Assembly (NCBI GenBank): GCA_965116925.1
Contig: OZ220744.1
Coordinates: forward strand, 1,568,001-1,632,000
Source of the DNA: Candidatus Poribacteria bacterium
GTDB taxonomy: Bacteria > Poribacteria > WGA-4E > PCPOR2b
Length of the DNA: 64,000 nucleotides
Reading direction: 5' to 3'
In this document: piece after piece, positions 7,787-17,491 of the stretch
How the letters are laid out: each line of letters begins with the position of its first letter
Numbering within the stretch: the first letter of the stretch is position 1
Translations under genes and position numbers: made by a program
The notes under the pieces: generated by a model
The model's input: only the letters and a program-made list of their open reading frames with translations
Told to the model about the DNA's origin: nothing
The model's database searches: none

Positions 7787-10540
7787 CTATTGACTGAACT
7801 GTTGGGCGACAAAGACCAGATCGAGGATGTTGACGACCCCATCGCCATTGGGGTCTGGTGTAGATTTACCTAGTCCATTGGCGACCTGGACCAGATCCAA
7901 GATGTTGACCCTTCCATCGCTGTTGACATCGGCGGGGTTTTTGGCTTTGAGATAGATTTCACCGTCGAGGTCGGGGAGCAGGTGGGTTGTGGAGGAACGG
8001 AGATCTCCGTTCCCTACAGCGGTGGCGGATGAGGGGAGTACGATTGTTTGGGCTTTTCCACTTCGATTATAGACCGCCCAGCCGTTGGTAAACTCCCTGA
8101 TATACAAGTTCGGCACATTTTGATAGCGTTGGGCAATCGGACTGACGGGTTGTCCGAGGTCAGCGTCCCAGAAGGAGTACCAGTAGTGCTCTTGGTAAAA
8201 GTGTCCTGTAGTATATAATGCGTATCCGTCGGAAAGGGTGAGACTCATTGTGGTGAAGAAACGCATCCAACGCTTATTTGTTGGACTATCTGGGGGTTGG
8301 GTGGGAATCCCTTGTCCTCTTAAGCAGGTAATTTGGGGTTCTCTGGCGTTTGCTTCAAACCAGCGGAGGGTATCTTCAATTTCAGCAACCCTGCGGCGTG
8401 TATAACCACCTTCATCATAGAAGGTTTCCATGAAACTGCCGTTGATGTAGGGTGCTGAGGCTGGAAGTTTGCTCTGGTTGCTATTGCAGATGATGAGAAA
8501 GTCGTCGGGGACGTTGGCACGGATACGTTGTAGGATTGAGGTTCGTGCTTCTTGCTCTTCCTCTAAGGTGCTATAGTATCGTCGCGATCCGTCCCCGAAA
8601 CGATCTACGAGAAAACGCCACTCCCCTTCAGTCCACGCGTCGAATTGGATGCCGTCAAACAATCCACATTCTGAGACAGAGATTGCTTGTTGAACAATGA
8701 TGTCTTGCACTTCTGGTATTCTGAAATCAATAAGGTAACTGTCCGTAAAGGTGCGTGAACCTCTAACAGGTTTACCATTTTCGTCTCTTAGCCAGCCGAA
8801 CCAATTTTCAGGATACTGGCCAGAGGTATGGGCATTTCTTATTCGGATTTCAACGAGGAAAATCATATTAGGGTTTTTGGCGAGTAGTTCCTCACGTTCG
8901 GTCATTGCAGTGTCTATATCGCCAGCTAGTGTAGACCATGGTGAAGTCTGTAGAAAATGGAGCCCAAAAGGAATATGATTCCAATATATATCATGATATG
9001 AGATACGGTCTTTGAACGATAAGTGAGACAGATTAACTGCTCTATCACCCCAGCTTTGAATAATAGAGGGGAGATTCCGATTTTCGATTCGATCTTGAAT
9101 TGGGGGGGCTGGTAATGAACACACCTGATCGTAGGTAAAAATAGGCAGAGATAGATTTAGAACTGGAGTAATATCTATGATGTTATTTCTTTCTATATGA
9201 AGTTCTTCCAATGCGGTTAAATTGGCAAGTGGGCTAACATCGACAATCTGGTTAGATACGAGGCTTAAACGAACGAGTTGGGTTAGATTTGCAAGCGGGG
9301 TGATATCGCGCAACAGCATGTGCGATAGCCACGCTGTTTTTAGTTGTGTTAAATTCGCAAGGGTGGTTATATCTGACAGTCTAACACCTGCAAGATTGAT
9401 ATAGGTGAGATTGGTCAAGTTTGCAAGGGGTGTGAGATCGGCGATCGGATTGTCTCTCAGTTCCAGAACTTCCAAGTGCATCAATCCGGCTAATGGGGTT
9501 ATATCTCGAATCTCATTTTCAGGGAGAGCGAGGTGTTTCAAATTAGTCGCATGTTCCAGACCCGTTAAGTCTACTATTTGGTACTCCTTCGCAGTTAGTG
9601 ACGTTAATTGGTTTATCAGTAATTGTGTGATGGGTGTTCCAGATGGTAGTCCCATTTCCTCACGGATAACGCGCTCCAAATTTGAATCTGCTATTTCCAC
9701 AGCACCGGAAGCGAGTTCCTGCAACTTGTGGATATCAACGTCCACACTCTGAAGATTCAATCCAAAGAGTGGACGGAAGTCTGCTATGGCATTGTTGGCA
9801 AGTGTCAGATCGGTCAGCTGTGTTAAATTGGCAAGCGGACTCACATCAACAATCTGATTTCTGGCAATCCGTAGTTCTTTCAACGCAGTTAAATTCACGA
9901 GAGGACTGATATCTACAATCTGATTATCTTCAATGGTGAGTTTCTCCAACTGTGTTAAATTAGCAATAGGGCTGATATCGACAATCTGATTCGTAGTTAC
10001 ATTTAACCAGATAAGCTGCATCAGGTTTGCCAAGGGGGTGATGTCTCTTATCTGACAGTGTATCAGATGAATTTCTCTTAACTGCATGAGGTTCGATAGG
10101 GGGGTAAGATCCTCTATAGGTATACCGGCGAGATTGAGATATGTTAGTTGTGTGAGATTGGCAAGGGGCGAAAAATCGGCGATTGGATTTTCTACAAGTG
10201 CTAGCAGTCTCAAGTTTGTCAGTTCTGCCAATGGCGTGATATCTTGAATCTGATTGAAAGAGAGTTCAAGGCGGCTCAGGTTGGGGGCATATTCTAAGCC
10301 GGTGAGGTCGATTATCTCGCGGTTCTCAGCTAGCAAGTTTATTAAGCGTTGCATCTCCTGCCGAGCGATGGGTTGACCATCCGGGAGTTGCAGGGTTTCT
10401 CGGATAGCCTGTCTGAGATTCGGGTCGGGGATCTCTACTACTTGAGCAGAGGCGTGGGGGCTGAGAAGGACTGTCAAGATGGCAAGGATAAGAAAACGAG
10501 AAAACGGGAAAACGAGAAAACGGGACAGCGAAAATTTCAT
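7787..10540 (-). CDS. Secreted LRR + putative glycoside-hydrolase + dockerin-like protein (paralog lacking the FlgD-Ig tail)
   Basis: Same architecture as 4358-7669; FDGIQFDAW and NGSFMETF; ends after the second dockerin-like repeat. Confidence 0.85.
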   Translation of the reverse strand: MKFSLSRFLVFPFSRFLILAILTVLLSPHASAQVVEIPDPNLRQAIRETLQLPDGQPIARQEMQRLINLLAENREIIDLTGLEYAPNLSRLELSFNQIQDITPLAELTNLRLLALVENPIADFSPLANLTQLTYLNLAGIPIEDLTPLSNLMQLREIHLIHCQIRDITPLANLMQLIWLNVTTNQIVDISPIANLTQLEKLTIEDNQIVDISPLVNLTALKELRIARNQIVDVSPLANLTQLTDLTLANNAIADFRPLFGLNLQSVDVDIHKLQELASGAVEIADSNLERVIREEMGLPSGTPITQLLINQLTSLTAKEYQIVDLTGLEHATNLKHLALPENEIRDITPLAGLMHLEVLELRDNPIADLTPLANLTNLTYINLAGVRLSDITTLANLTQLKTAWLSHMLLRDITPLANLTQLVRLSLVSNQIVDVSPLANLTALEELHIERNNIIDITPVLNLSLPIFTYDQVCSLPAPPIQDRIENRNLPSIIQSWGDRAVNLSHLSFKDRISYHDIYWNHIPFGLHFLQTSPWSTLAGDIDTAMTEREELLAKNPNMIFLVEIRIRNAHTSGQYPENWFGWLRDENGKPVRGSRTFTDSYLIDFRIPEVQDIIVQQAISVSECGLFDGIQFDAWTEGEWRFLVDRFGDGSRRYYSTLEEEQEARTSILQRIRANVPDDFLIICNSNQSKLPASAPYINGSFMETFYDEGGYTRRRVAEIEDTLRWFEANAREPQITCLRGQGIPTQPPDSPTNKRWMRFFTTMSLTLSDGYALYTTGHFYQEHYWYSFWDADLGQPVSPIAQRYQNVPNLYIREFTNGWAVYNRSGKAQTIVLPSSATAVGNGDLRSSTTHLLPDLDGEIYLKAKNPADVNSDGRVNILDLVQVANGLGKSTPDPNGDGVVNILDLVFVAQQFSQ

Positions 10541-10571
10541 AGTAACTCCTTTATTTATTGATAAGAATAAA

Positions 10572-10664
10572 GGCTCATGTTAAGAAATAGTGCAAAGAGA
10601 AACCGAGTTTTGAAGAAAAAACTCGGTTTCTCTTTGCATTTTGCACTTTCTTTTGATATGAACC
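10572..10664. mobile_element. Family B MITE with a long central palindrome
   Basis: Ends GGCTCATGTTAAGAA / CTTTTGATATGAACC; TGCAAAGAGAAACCGAGTTTT...AAAACTCGGTTTCTCTTTGCA. Confidence 0.75.
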
Positions 10665-10758
10665 AGTGTTTTATACATCTATCACCCCGCTGGGGCTTCG
10701 TAGTTCCCGCAAATTGAAAATTTCTATTTATCGGAAATCGCCCGTGCCACACATAACT

Positions 10759-10881
10759 TAGGGTCATTTAATTCTCCCGTCGCTCGATCTCCCGGTCGAG
10801 GCTACGGCGGGGCAAGATGCCCCGCCTACGGATTTGGGTCATTCCGAAATCGGTTAAAAAACGGAAAACTAAATAGCCCTA
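10759..10881. mobile_element. Family D MITE with central REP
   Basis: Ends TAGGGTCATTTA / TAAATAGCCCTA; reverse complement of 35588-35736. Confidence 0.8.
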
Positions 10882-10983
10882 AATCTGGCTTGACAACGCG
10901 GTATGTTTTTGCTAAGATGATTTTGATTTGCAATAGGGCATTTTCGTCTGGCGTGTTGTTATCGAATGGGTGGTGTCGGATTT

Positions 10984-11796
10984 TCATACGACTTCTTTTT
11001 CGGGACGTGGCAGGTTCGCCCAATTTTCGTCGGCATCCACACCACCACAGAGGATGCTGCCCTGATTCCACCCTTCGTGCGCGATGACATCTGTCGAAGC
11101 GTAGCGCATCGTCAGCCCGCAACGGCGGCGATTGGAGTTGTTGCGGGGCGAACCGTGCAACAGCAGGTCAGAATGCAGGGAAATTTCACCAGATTTCAAT
11201 TCGATGTGAACGGGTTCAGCGCGAATCTCTGTGGCTTCGGCGGTTCGGTATAGCACGTTGTCTTCGGCGGGATCGCTGGCGTGGTGTTTTAATTCTCCGC
11301 GGCGGTGGGATCCGGGGATAAATTGCATACAGGCATTTTCGATATCCGCATCGTCAATGGCAAGCCATACAGTGACAGTCTTTGAGGGGGTTAGGGGCCA
11401 GTAATGTGCATCTTGATGCCATGAGACCGTTTTTCCATCGCCGGGCATCTTGCAGAAATAGTGCGTTCCCCAGCAGACAAAGTTTGGTCCAAGCAGATCT
11501 TGAACATATTCTAAGATGATTGGATTCACGACGAGGTCGTAGAGGCCTTGGCAGTGTTTATGATAGCCGTTGATTGAGTAGCTATTTTTGTCGGGCTCGA
11601 GGTTCGTGAGTAACTTATCGAGATATTGTCGGTTCGCAGTTATTTCCTCACAATTGAAGATGCGAAACCCTTTCAGGTAACCATTCTGATTGTAAAATTC
11701 GATTTGTGCTTGGGAAAGCTGACGCGGTCGTTCGCATTTGGAGGGATAGAACCTCAAATCTCGCTTGAGATGGGGCCATGTGCGGTCATTTGCCAT
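10984..11796 (-). CDS. Phytanoyl-CoA dioxygenase (PhyH) family Fe(II)/2OG oxygenase
   Basis: SWHQD (HxD), FIPGSH, LLHGS, RRCG. Confidence 0.9.
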   Translation of the reverse strand: MANDRTWPHLKRDLRFYPSKCERPRQLSQAQIEFYNQNGYLKGFRIFNCEEITANRQYLDKLLTNLEPDKNSYSINGYHKHCQGLYDLVVNPIILEYVQDLLGPNFVCWGTHYFCKMPGDGKTVSWHQDAHYWPLTPSKTVTVWLAIDDADIENACMQFIPGSHRRGELKHHASDPAEDNVLYRTAEATEIRAEPVHIELKSGEISLHSDLLLHGSPRNNSNRRRCGLTMRYASTDVIAHEGWNQGSILCGGVDADENWANLPRPEKEVV

Positions 11797-11839
11797 AATT
11801 TGTATAACCTCTTGTTTTTGATAGAGATCTTTTTATTTT

Positions 11840-11972
11840 GGCTCATGTCAAAAGAAAATGCAAAATGCGAAGAGAAATCGTAGGGGCGGGGTCTCCCCGC
11901 CCGCAGTAAGGGTTGGGGGACCCAACCCCTACGAAACCTTGGTTGCTGTTGTACGCTTTCTTAACATGAGCC
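11840..11972. mobile_element. Family B MITE carrying an inverted REP doublet; 8-bp target duplication TTTATTTT
   Basis: Inverted ends GGCTCATGT/ACATGAGCC; TTTATTTT at 11832-11839 and 11973-11980; REPs at 11880-11932. Confidence 0.88.
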
Positions 11973-12046
11973 TTTATTTTAACTTTGTGCGACAGCAGTA
12001 TACACGATGCGAAATTAAATCGGAAGTGTATTTTTGAAAACCCATA

Positions 12047-12331
12047 ATGACTATTCAAGAATTTCAAAACCTGATAGAGCGAATCTACTATGATCGAGAT
12101 GCTGAACGCGGTGTAGAAGGCACATTTGTTTGGTTCACTGAGGAGGTTGGCGAGCTTGCCAAAGAGATTCGACGTGAGCAACGGGATATAGAACGGCTTC
12201 GCGCTGAGTTTGCCGATGTATTTGCGTGGCTATCGACGCTCGCTAGTTTGCTCGGTGTCGATCTTACCGAAGCTGCAAAAATTTATGCCGATGGCTGTCC
12301 CAAGTGTGAATCTACGCCCTGCAGCTGTTAA
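12047..12331 (+). CDS. MazG-like nucleotide pyrophosphohydrolase with C-terminal Cys cluster
   Basis: EEVGELAK...EFADV motif; CPKC...PCSC tail. Confidence 0.85.
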   Translation: MTIQEFQNLIERIYYDRDAERGVEGTFVWFTEEVGELAKEIRREQRDIERLRAEFADVFAWLSTLASLLGVDLTEAAKIYADGCPKCESTPCSC

Positions 12332-12409
12332 ATGAATTGGCAATGATGTGTAATTTCTCCGGATGTTTGCGTCAACATATATTTTGAGAGATCTTTCAAG
12401 GAGGTCAAC

Positions 12410-13237
12410 ATGGATATCGCTCCGTTAATTGAAGGACAGGAGAGTGTCTTAACTGATAAGCAGAAGAAACAGTGGAAGGAAGATGGCTATCTGGTTCTGA
12501 AAGGCATCTTGTCTTCAGAGGAGATTGAGAATTTGACAGCCGTTGTTGATCAGATGTACGAGGAACATCTTCAACAGCCGGATGTAAAACCGGACGCGGG
12601 ACTGGATCGGCGAAACGTTATGGAGGAGCATGACATCTTTGTTGATCTGATGGATCATCCTGCGGCATTTCCGATCGCGCTTGAGTTGATGAGTCCTTAC
12701 ATACACCTGAGTATGTCTGAGGTCATTGTCCGACCGACAGATCCTGAAGGGAAGGGACTTTTGCACACGGATGGCGGTCAGGCGATGCGCCAGATACGGG
12801 TGAGCGAAAGCAGTCTACCGTTTCAGATCAAATTCCAATATTTCCTGACGGATCTGCCTGAACCGGATATGGGCAACTTCACAGTCGTCCCCGGCAGTCA
12901 CAACCGCCCCTTTCCAGAAGGTGGATTTGAGGAGGGACCGTATATCCCCGAAGCGTTGCCACTATGTGTGGAGGCGGGCGATGTCGCTATTTTTCCCCAT
13001 GCGATGTGGCACGGCTTCGTCGCGAATAGATCGGATAAACCGCGCAAATCGTTGATCTATTGTTACGTCCATCAATGTATGCGGGCGTTTGATTTTGAAA
13101 AGCCATCGCCGGAATTGCTGGAGCGGTGCACACCTCGACAGCGGCGTTTGGTTGGGGATATTGGCGAGTGGAAAGCTGGTTCTTACTTCTATTCACCACC
13201 TGATCAGGTGGAAGTGATGCTCGGAAATGAAACGTGA
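12410..13237 (+). CDS. PhyH family dioxygenase
   Basis: LHTDGG, VVPGSH, MWHG; RBS AGGAGG. Confidence 0.9.
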   Translation: MDIAPLIEGQESVLTDKQKKQWKEDGYLVLKGILSSEEIENLTAVVDQMYEEHLQQPDVKPDAGLDRRNVMEEHDIFVDLMDHPAAFPIALELMSPYIHLSMSEVIVRPTDPEGKGLLHTDGGQAMRQIRVSESSLPFQIKFQYFLTDLPEPDMGNFTVVPGSHNRPFPEGGFEEGPYIPEALPLCVEAGDVAIFPHAMWHGFVANRSDKPRKSLIYCYVHQCMRAFDFEKPSPELLERCTPRQRRLVGDIGEWKAGSYFYSPPDQVEVMLGNET

Positions 13238-13258
13238 TGCGTGATGCGTGATACGTGA
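13231..13258 (+). repeat. Heptamer tandem repeat (W)(R)CGTGA x4
   Basis: AACGTGA TGCGTGA TGCGTGA TACGTGA; same family at 17394-17421. Confidence 0.75.
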
Positions 13259-13286
13259 AAATTATTTGTTCATTGGTGCAACCTAT

Positions 13287-13424
13287 GGAACTCGTACAAA
13301 AAGTAAAGCCAAAACAGCAAGAGAAACCGAGTTTGACCCCCCTGACAAATCCCGATTGTCTTTCCCCCCTTCGCAGGGGGTTGAAAAAACTCGGTTTCTG
13401 TTGCGCGATTTCTTAACATGAGTC
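13287..13424. mobile_element. Degenerate family B MITE
   Basis: Right end TTCTTAACATGAGTC; GAAACCGAGTTT/AAACTCGGTTTC hairpin with an inserted CCCC/GGGG-rich loop. Confidence 0.6.
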
Positions 13425-13442
13425 CATATCGATTTGGTGGGA

Positions 13443-14609
13443 TTAGTCGATATCTGTATTTGGTAGGATGGTGGCTTTGACGCAACGCATGTCTAACGCG
13501 CTCTGCACCGCCTCCGCGACTCCCGCTTCCGTAAAGGGAAACTCCATTTGCATCCGACGCCATGGATAGCGGTCACGCGCCCGATCGAGCATGTCAATCC
13601 CCGCGGGGAGGTCGTTAGCGGTAATTCCCCAGCTTCCCACCAATTTTATGTCCTTGACACAGATGCGGTGCCAGTTCGTTTCGATAGAACCTGCGTCGGT
13701 GAATTGCCCCATCTCTACATAAGTCCCTCCGTCCCGTAGCATTTCGATCCCCTCTGGACCTGCTGAGGGGTGACCGCTGCAATCGATTACAAGATCTGCG
13801 CCAAAACCGCCGACAATCTCGCGGACAGCGTCAATCCGAGCCTGCGCTGTTCTATGCTCATCGATCGACACGGTAGCCTCCACGCCAAACTCGCGGCAGA
13901 GCGCGAGTCGCGGATTTTCAGGGGCACCCACCATGATAACACGACCCGCCCCCATTTCCTTAGCGGCTGTGATCATTAACACCCCAATCGGACCGGAGCC
14001 TTGGATGACGACGGTATCGCCGAATCGGAAGCCGTTGATTGATGCGGCACGGTTGAGGGCACGGATACAGCAGGCTAAAGGCTCAGTTAACGCTCCCAGC
14101 ATTAACGACATGTCGTCCGGCAAGCGATAGATTTTCGTGGCGGGCAACATCTCTAAGTCAACATAGACCATCTCTGCCCAGCCACCCCAGAGATGCGGCG
14201 GCTTGTCAAAGGGTAGATAGCGACCATAGTAGGTCGGGTTGAGACAGCGGTTGGCGTGCTCCGGGTAGTGGGCACAATAGTAACATTCCCCGCAAGGCAT
14301 CAACGGCGGCAGCATGACCTTGCTCCCAACTTCCAATGGATTACCCATAAAGTCTACTTCTAGGGCGGGCCCCTTTTCGACAATAACGCCAGCCAATTCG
14401 TGTCCCAATGTAAAGGGCCAAGGGAGGGGCTTGGGCCAATGCCCTTTGAGGATATGTAGGTCGGTGCCGCATACCCCACAGGCACCGACTTGGATTAGTG
14501 CCGCTTTGTCGGGCACATTTGGTCGGGGCACGGTCTGGATCTGAGGTGCAGCTCCGGGACCGTCGAAGGTTGCCACGCGTACTGTTTGCATAGGAAGCTC
14601 CAATTTCAT
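13443..14609 (-). CDS. Zinc-binding (MDR) alcohol dehydrogenase family protein; the start may be the second Met
   Basis: CGTDLH, LGHE, CGECYYC, GSGPIG. Confidence 0.9.
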   Translation of the reverse strand: MKLELPMQTVRVATFDGPGAAPQIQTVPRPNVPDKAALIQVGACGVCGTDLHILKGHWPKPLPWPFTLGHELAGVIVEKGPALEVDFMGNPLEVGSKVMLPPLMPCGECYYCAHYPEHANRCLNPTYYGRYLPFDKPPHLWGGWAEMVYVDLEMLPATKIYRLPDDMSLMLGALTEPLACCIRALNRAASINGFRFGDTVVIQGSGPIGVLMITAAKEMGAGRVIMVGAPENPRLALCREFGVEATVSIDEHRTAQARIDAVREIVGGFGADLVIDCSGHPSAGPEGIEMLRDGGTYVEMGQFTDAGSIETNWHRICVKDIKLVGSWGITANDLPAGIDMLDRARDRYPWRRMQMEFPFTEAGVAEAVQSALDMRCVKATILPNTDID

Positions 14610-14653
14610 GAACTGTTAATACTATTAGTTTTTCACACCAGTTATGATTTCGG

Positions 14654-14682
14654 TGGACAATCGCCACGGTGTACAGTACAAT
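14654..14682 (+). promoter_or_regulatory. Putative TA promoter with a palindromic operator over the -10
   Basis: TGGACA-17-TACAAT; TGTAC-A-GTACA at 14670-14680. Confidence 0.45.
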
Positions 14683-14718
14683 TTAGAATTAACAAATCGG
14701 AATGTGAGGTGAATCATA

Positions 14719-14976
14719 ATGCTTCTGACGGTAGAAGGTGCCTATCGGGACGGAGAAATTGAGCTAGCAGAAATCCCTGAGAACGTTGAACAGGCTGATG
14801 TACTTGTTACCTTCCTAAAAACTAAAAAGAATGTTAAAACTCCTCCATCTTCGGTCGGTTCTCCGAAACCCCGCATAATGACTTTCGGTCAGTTCGCCGG
14901 GGAGACGAAGACTAATGAAGCCGACTTTCGTCTGGCTGAGTGGCGAGGCGAACCAGAGTTTGAAGATGCCGAGTAA
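14719..14976 (+). CDS. Putative antitoxin
   Basis: Small acidic ORF (TVEGAYRDGEIEL) with RBS GAGG, overlapping the PIN gene. Confidence 0.7.
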   Translation: MLLTVEGAYRDGEIELAEIPENVEQADVLVTFLKTKKNVKTPPSSVGSPKPRIMTFGQFAGETKTNEADFRLAEWRGEPEFEDAE

Positions 14977-15370
14977 ATATGTTGTGGAGACACACGCAAT
15001 AGTCTGGTTTAACGCAGGAGATCCTCGCCTTGGACCAAATGCCAAGCGGATCTTATCCAACCCAGACAGCGAATTAATCCTTCCTATCACAGCTCTCGCC
15101 GAAGTATGTTGGATTATCGAACGCGGTAAAACGAACATTCGGAGTGTCACCGATTTCCTCTTAACGATCGACCTTGATCCTCGCGTGACTGTCACTCCAC
15201 TTGATCGTACCATCCTTGATAAAACCCTAGCACTAACTGACATCAATGAAATACACGACCGACAAATCGCTGCAACTGCTTTAGTCCTGATTGACCGTGG
15301 AGAAAATGTTGCTCTAATTACCCGTGACGAAAATATCCGCGAAACGAATCTTGTACCTGTAGTCTGGTAA
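14966..15370 (+). CDS. vapC: PIN-domain VapC-type toxin
   Basis: YVVETHAIVW, LAEV, HDRQIAATA, LITRD; ATG at 14966 overlaps the antitoxin end. Confidence 0.82.
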   Translation: MPSKYVVETHAIVWFNAGDPRLGPNAKRILSNPDSELILPITALAEVCWIIERGKTNIRSVTDFLLTIDLDPRVTVTPLDRTILDKTLALTDINEIHDRQIAATALVLIDRGENVALITRDENIRETNLVPVVW

Positions 15371-15435
15371 CTTGTCCCGTATGGAGGCTGCCCCCATAGG
15401 CATCATATAAAACAAGGGCTAACTTCATTTTCCGT

Positions 15436-17346
15436 TCACCGGGGAATGATAGGGAGCACAATGTGCGAAGGGCGGTCGCGGTCAAGGTATACTGTGTTCT
15501 GCGCCACGATGGTGTGCGTATGTCGTCCCATCGGCTCGCCGGTGTTTGGGTTAATATCAAATCGGGGGAAGTTGCTGCTCGATATATCTATCCGAATCCG
15601 GTGCCCTGCCTGAAAGAGATTACAGGTCGGTGGTAGGGCGATTTGGACCTGATAGACCTCATCTGGTTCCATCAATTTTTCTTCCTCCCAACCCTCCCGA
15701 TAGCGGGTGCGGATAATCGAATCAACGAGGTTCATGTGGTAGCCGGCGGGATAATCCCCGTTTGGTGGATAGACATCAATGAGCTTCGCTGTGAAGTCGG
15801 TATCTACCGCCGACGATGAAATCCACAACTTCACCGTCATTGCCCCCGTCACTTCGATATCTTCATCTAATGGGTGAGTCTGAAACACAAGGACATCGGG
15901 TCTTGCCGCAAGGGGCAGATATGGCGGTTTAGCCCCAACGATGCCGGGTTCTTCCTTCTGGTGTGCCGCACCGTCCATAACGATACTACGCATCCGCGCT
16001 CTGGGTGGCGTGTACTGCGATGCCATCCCCTCTCCCAACGCCACCTGTTCGTAGAACCCTGTAACGTTTGCGGCGATAGTCGGCACCGGATTATCTGGAT
16101 CGTGGCGGAAACGGGCAGGGGAGTCGTTCTCTCCCGGTAGCTCCGAACTCAAGCCTCCACCGGCGTGGAGGTAGTAGGTGGTATATTCCGTGCGGGCGAG
16201 AGGCCACTCCTTTTCTGACCGCCACACACCGCCGTGGTTCAAACGTCCCTCGCTGTTGCGTCTGCCATCGCCACCACCCATCACAAAGATCCGTACCGGT
16301 GGATCATCCTCCAACCCATTTGGGCTATCCTTCAGCCACCGATCGAACCAGCGAAGACGCTCTCTATTGTATGCTTCGTCGCCCCATGCGGCGTCGGTGC
16401 CGAAGTCCACATCGCCCACGTATGAAGGCCCCGCTCCACGCATAGCACCGTGATTCCAAGGTCCCATCAGCAGCCGTTGGGCTGTTTTGTTCTGCTTGCA
16501 CATGGTCGTAAAGTAGTTTGTTGTCGCGACCGAAAAGGGATCGTACCAACCGCCGCTAAAGACCGAAGGGGCCTCAATGTGCCGGTCGAAGTAACGCTCC
16601 TGATCACAACAATCTTGCTGCCAAAATTCATCATACTCGCCACGATAGTAGTAGTTAAAAAGGGTCTGCTCAAGGTTGGGAACTACCGCCAAAGGCGTGT
16701 GCCCCGGCTTGAAAGGGGTTGAATAGACTAGATCGCGCATCCGCTCCATCGCTTGTGAAATTGAATCCTTCGCCCCCGGATTGTCTCGAATCTCCTGTGA
16801 ATCGTGGGCGTGCAGGAATAGGGCACCGAACATGTGGAGTGCCATCGCTCCACCTTCGCGTGCCTCATGTGCGTAAATGTTGGTAGGTCCCACATCCTGC
16901 CACATCGCTGTCAGGTGTGGCGGTTGATAAAGTGCCATCACGCTCTGGACAATCGCGCCGTGTGAACTGCCCACCGTCCCCACACGCCCATTTGACCACG
17001 GTTGGGCGGCGATCCATTCGACAGTATCGTAGCCGTCGTGCCCTTCAGTGGGATTGGCTGTGTGGAAATATTGCCCTGTACCTTCGGAACGTTGGCGACC
17101 GCGCAAATCTTGGATGACTGTCACGTATCCGTGTTGGGTAAAGAATTCAGCTACCGGCTCCACCCACATCTGTGGACTGTTCTTGTCATACGATGTACGC
17201 CCTAGAATGGTGGGAAACGTCCCGGGTACTAGCTCTCCGTCGAGGGTAGGTCGATAGATGTCGGTCGCCAACCGAACTCCATCGCGCATCGACACCATCA
17301 CGTCCTTAAATATGGCAATTCCGTATTTGGATTCTGATTCGTTCAT
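15436..17346 (-). CDS. CocE/NonD family hydrolase
   Basis: MRDGVRLATDIYRP, QDLRG, GSSHG, GWYD, GPWNH, SSNFPRFD; RBS AAGGA fits ATG 17346. Confidence 0.92.
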   Translation of the reverse strand: MNESESKYGIAIFKDVMVSMRDGVRLATDIYRPTLDGELVPGTFPTILGRTSYDKNSPQMWVEPVAEFFTQHGYVTVIQDLRGRQRSEGTGQYFHTANPTEGHDGYDTVEWIAAQPWSNGRVGTVGSSHGAIVQSVMALYQPPHLTAMWQDVGPTNIYAHEAREGGAMALHMFGALFLHAHDSQEIRDNPGAKDSISQAMERMRDLVYSTPFKPGHTPLAVVPNLEQTLFNYYYRGEYDEFWQQDCCDQERYFDRHIEAPSVFSGGWYDPFSVATTNYFTTMCKQNKTAQRLLMGPWNHGAMRGAGPSYVGDVDFGTDAAWGDEAYNRERLRWFDRWLKDSPNGLEDDPPVRIFVMGGGDGRRNSEGRLNHGGVWRSEKEWPLARTEYTTYYLHAGGGLSSELPGENDSPARFRHDPDNPVPTIAANVTGFYEQVALGEGMASQYTPPRARMRSIVMDGAAHQKEEPGIVGAKPPYLPLAARPDVLVFQTHPLDEDIEVTGAMTVKLWISSSAVDTDFTAKLIDVYPPNGDYPAGYHMNLVDSIIRTRYREGWEEEKLMEPDEVYQVQIALPPTCNLFQAGHRIRIDISSSNFPRFDINPNTGEPMGRHTHTIVAQNTVYLDRDRPSHIVLPIIPR

Positions 17347-17393
17347 AGCCACAATCCTTTACTAAGCAATGGTAGTATTTTGCAACTGTTGAT

Positions 17394-17421
17394 AACGTGA
17401 AACGTGATGCGTGAAACGTAA
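17394..17421 (+). repeat. Heptamer tandem repeat x4
   Basis: AACGTGA AACGTGA TGCGTGA AACGTAA. Confidence 0.7.
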
Positions 17422-17491
17422 AAACAATCGGTCAGTGGTGTATTGGATTATCCTCACCAACTTGCACCAAAGGTTATAGAGGGGTGCATTG

